From: Mobula hypostoma
Lineage: Eukaryota
Length of the DNA: 64,000 nucleotides
Assembly: GCF_963921235.1 (NCBI RefSeq)
Contig: NC_086108.1
Location: 35,590,001 to 35,654,000, forward strand
Direction: 5' to 3'
Shown: one piece after another, positions 61,145-64,000 of the stretch
Numbering within the stretch: position 1 is the stretch's first letter
How the letters are laid out: every line of letters starts with the position of its first letter
Made by a program: the position numbers and the translations under genes
The notes under the pieces: generated by a model
The model's input: only the letters and a program-made list of their open reading frames with translations
The model's database searches: none
Told to the model about the DNA's origin: nothing

Positions 61145-63515
61145 TAAGACCATAAAATGGCCAGAATTAGGCCATCTGGCCCATAGAGTCTGCTCTGCCA
61201 TTCAATCATGGCTGATCCATTTTTTTTTGCTCCTCCTCAACCCCAGTTCCGGGCCTTCTCCCCACAATCTTTGATGCCATGTCCAATTATGAACCTTTCA
61301 ATCTCTGCCTTAAATACACCCAACGGCCTGGACTCCACAGATGCATGTGACAACAAATTCACCACCCTTTGGCTAAAGAAATTTCTCTGCAACTCTGTCT
61401 TAAAAGGGTGCCCCTCTATCCTGAGGCTGTGCCCTCTTGTGCTAGACTCTCCCACCATGGGAAACATCCTTTCCACATCTACCAAAAAGCTTGAACATCT
61501 AGATATTAAGAAAGAGGATGTGCTGGAGCTTTTGAAACGCATCAAGTTGGATGAGTCACTGAGACCAGATGAGACACACCCCAGGCTACTGTGGGAGGCG
61601 AGGGAGGAGATTTCTGAGCCTCTGGCGATGATCTTTGCATCATCAATGGGGATGGGAGAGGTTCCGGAGGATTGGAGGGTTGCAGATGCTGTTCCACTAT
61701 TCAAGAAAGGGAGTAGAGTTAGCCCAGGAAATTATAGACCAGTGAGTCTTACTTCAGTGGTTGGTAAGTTGATGGAGAAGATCCTGAGAGGCAGGATTTA
61801 TGAGCATTTGGAGAGGCATAATATGATTAGGAATAGTCTGCACGGCTATCTGAAAGGCAGGTCGAGCCTTACGAGCCTGATTGAGTTTTTTGAGGTTGTG
61901 ACTAAACACATTGATGAAGGAAGAGCAGTAGATGTAGTGTATATAGATTTCAGCAAGGCATTTGAAAAAGTACCCCATGCAAGGCTTATTGAGAAAGTAA
62001 GGAGACATGGGATCCAAGGGGACATTGCTTTGTAGATCTAGAACTGGCTTGCCCACAGAAGGCAAAGAGTGGTTGTAGACGGATCATATTCTGCATGGAC
62101 GTTGGTCACCAGTGGTGTGCCTCAGGGATCTGTTCTGGGACCCCTACTCTTCGTGATTTTTATAAATGACCTGGATAAGGAAGTGGAGGGATGGGTTAGT
62201 AAATTTGCTGTCAGAGGTTACACCAGGACATTGATAGGATGCAAAACTGGGCTGAGAAGTGACAGATGGAGTTCAACCCAGATAAGTGTGAGGTGGTTCA
62301 TTTTGGTAGGTCAAATATGATGACAGAATATAGTATTAATGGTAAGATTCTTGGCAGTGTGGAGGATCTTGGGGTCCGAGTCCATAAGACACTCAAAGCT
62401 GCTACGCAGGTTGACTCTATGGTTAAGAAAGCATACAGTGCATTGGCCTTCATCAATCATGGGATTGAGTTTAGGAGCCGAGAGGTAATGTTGCAGCTAT
62501 ATGGGACTCTGGTCAGACACCACTTGGAGTAATATGTTCAGTTCTGGTCGCCTCACTATAGAAGGATGTGGAAACCATAGAAAGGGTGCAGAGGAGATTT
62601 ACAAGGATGATGCCTGGATTGGGGAGCATGCCTTATGAGAATAGGTTGAGTGAACTTGGCCTTTTTTCCTTGTAGCGACGGAGGATGAGAGGTGACCTGT
62701 CAGAGGTGTATAGGATGATGAAAGGCATTGATCGTGTGGATAGTCAGAGGCTTTTCCCCTGGCTGAAATGGCTAGTATGAGAGGACACAGCTTTAAGGTG
62801 CTTGGAAGTAGGTACAGAGGAGATGTCGGGGTAAGTTTTTTTACGAAGAGAGTGGTGAGTGGGTGGAATGGGCTGCCGGTGACGGTGGTGGAAGCAGATA
62901 CAATAGGATCTTTTAAGAGACTCCTGAATAGGTACATGGAGCTCAGAAAAATAGAGGGCTATGGGTAATTTGAGGTAATTTCTAAGGTAAGAACATGTTC
63001 ATCACAGCTTTGTGGGCCGAAGGGCCTGTATTGTGATGTAGGTTTTCTGTGTTTACTGTGTCTAGCCTGTCAACATCCGAAAGGTTTCAATGAGATCCCC
63101 CCTCATCTTTCTGAGTCCCAGCGAGTACAAGCCCAGAACCATCAAACGTTCCTCGTATGATAACCCTTTCATTCCTGGAATCATCCTTGTGAACCTCCTC
63201 TGAACCCTCTCCAATGTCAGCACATCTTTTCTAAGATGAGGATCCCAAAACTGTTCACAATACTCAAGGTGAGGCCTCACCAGTGCCTTAAAAAGCCTCA
63301 GTATCACATCACTGCTCTTGTATTCTAGACCTATTGAAATGAATGCCAACATGGCATTTGCCTTCCTCACCACCAACTCGACCTGCAAGTTAACCTTTAG
63401 GGTGTTCTGCACAAGGACTCCCAAGTACCTTTGCATCCCAGATTTTTGGACTTTCTCTCCGTTTAGAAAGTAGTCTGCACATTTATTTCTACTACCGAAG
63501 TGCATGGCCATGCAT
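61145..63515 (-). mobile_element. CR1 3' part split by an antisense CR1
   Basis: ORF 63062-63511 (HFGSRN..RPHLEYCEQFW) continues at 61480-61240 (VERMFPMVGES); tail at ~61145. Confidence 0.9.
61483..63056 (+). mobile_element. 5'-truncated CR1 (RT) nested antisense in another CR1
   Basis: [52 protein letters not shown]. Confidence 0.93.
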
Positions 63516-64000
63516 ATAGGTGGCTTTCAGCTGACAGCCATGCTGAAACTTGGTGATGTGTTCAGCAAACCAAATGACGAGAAGGCCAGCCCCCACTATT
63601 GCTTGAAACTGTTACCACATCACACACCAAAATTCTAGGCTGCCCAGGTAAGCAAATTCACACCTGCACAGGATCAAGGTCCTGAGTGGAACTGTTGAGT
63701 TCAAGAAGCTTGTAACTGACAAAGTGCAGCATTACCATGTGTCATGCAATAAAATCTGGCCAAGAATTCCATTGCAATTTCACGTCAAGGCACGTTCTCA
63801 GGCACCAGAATGTACCTCCGCAGAATAATCCTGCTTGCAGCCACACCATTTCATCTGGTTCTGGTCTCTTAGAAATATCACTCATTAGAAGGAATCAATT
63901 TGACGCACTGGAGTCGCTGCTGGATCGTAGTAGAACAAACAAGTGCCTGCCTACTTGACCACACCATTTAAGCAGCCTGGTGAAATCCCCCTTCAATTTC

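Noticed and set aside
61208..62035. 275-aa ORF as an intact RT gene
   Set aside because: It is a chimera of an antisense CR1 3' end and a nested truncated CR1, and stops before the catalytic motif.

Overview
This is a gene-poor vertebrate genomic window made almost entirely of repeats. The repeat content (CR1/HER1-like LINEs, V-SINE/HE1-like SINEs, Penelope-like fragments) suggests a cartilaginous fish, probably a ray; this is an inference. Bases 1 to ~12,700 are a purine-rich satellite of 7-mers and 5-mers with several levels of higher-order structure. It runs without a break into what looks like the 5' part of a minus-strand LTR ending at 13,246. The rest is densely nested transposon debris: many decayed CR1 LINEs (ORF1 zinc finger/SGNH esterase, APE, RT), Rex1/Babar-like LINE pieces, non-coding ATGGCG-headed retroposons, RTE-derived non-autonomous elements, tRNA-CORE SINEs, two solo LTRs, and Tc1 and mariner derivatives. 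The most striking items are three near-identical young Penelope-like mini-insertions carrying a minimal hammerhead ribozyme motif. Two are perfect 97-bp and 86-bp fold-backs with 14-bp target-site duplications, and all begin at the ribozyme's 5' edge. No intact host protein-coding gene was recognised, and all TE ORFs are broken. Family names come from recalled motifs, not database searches.
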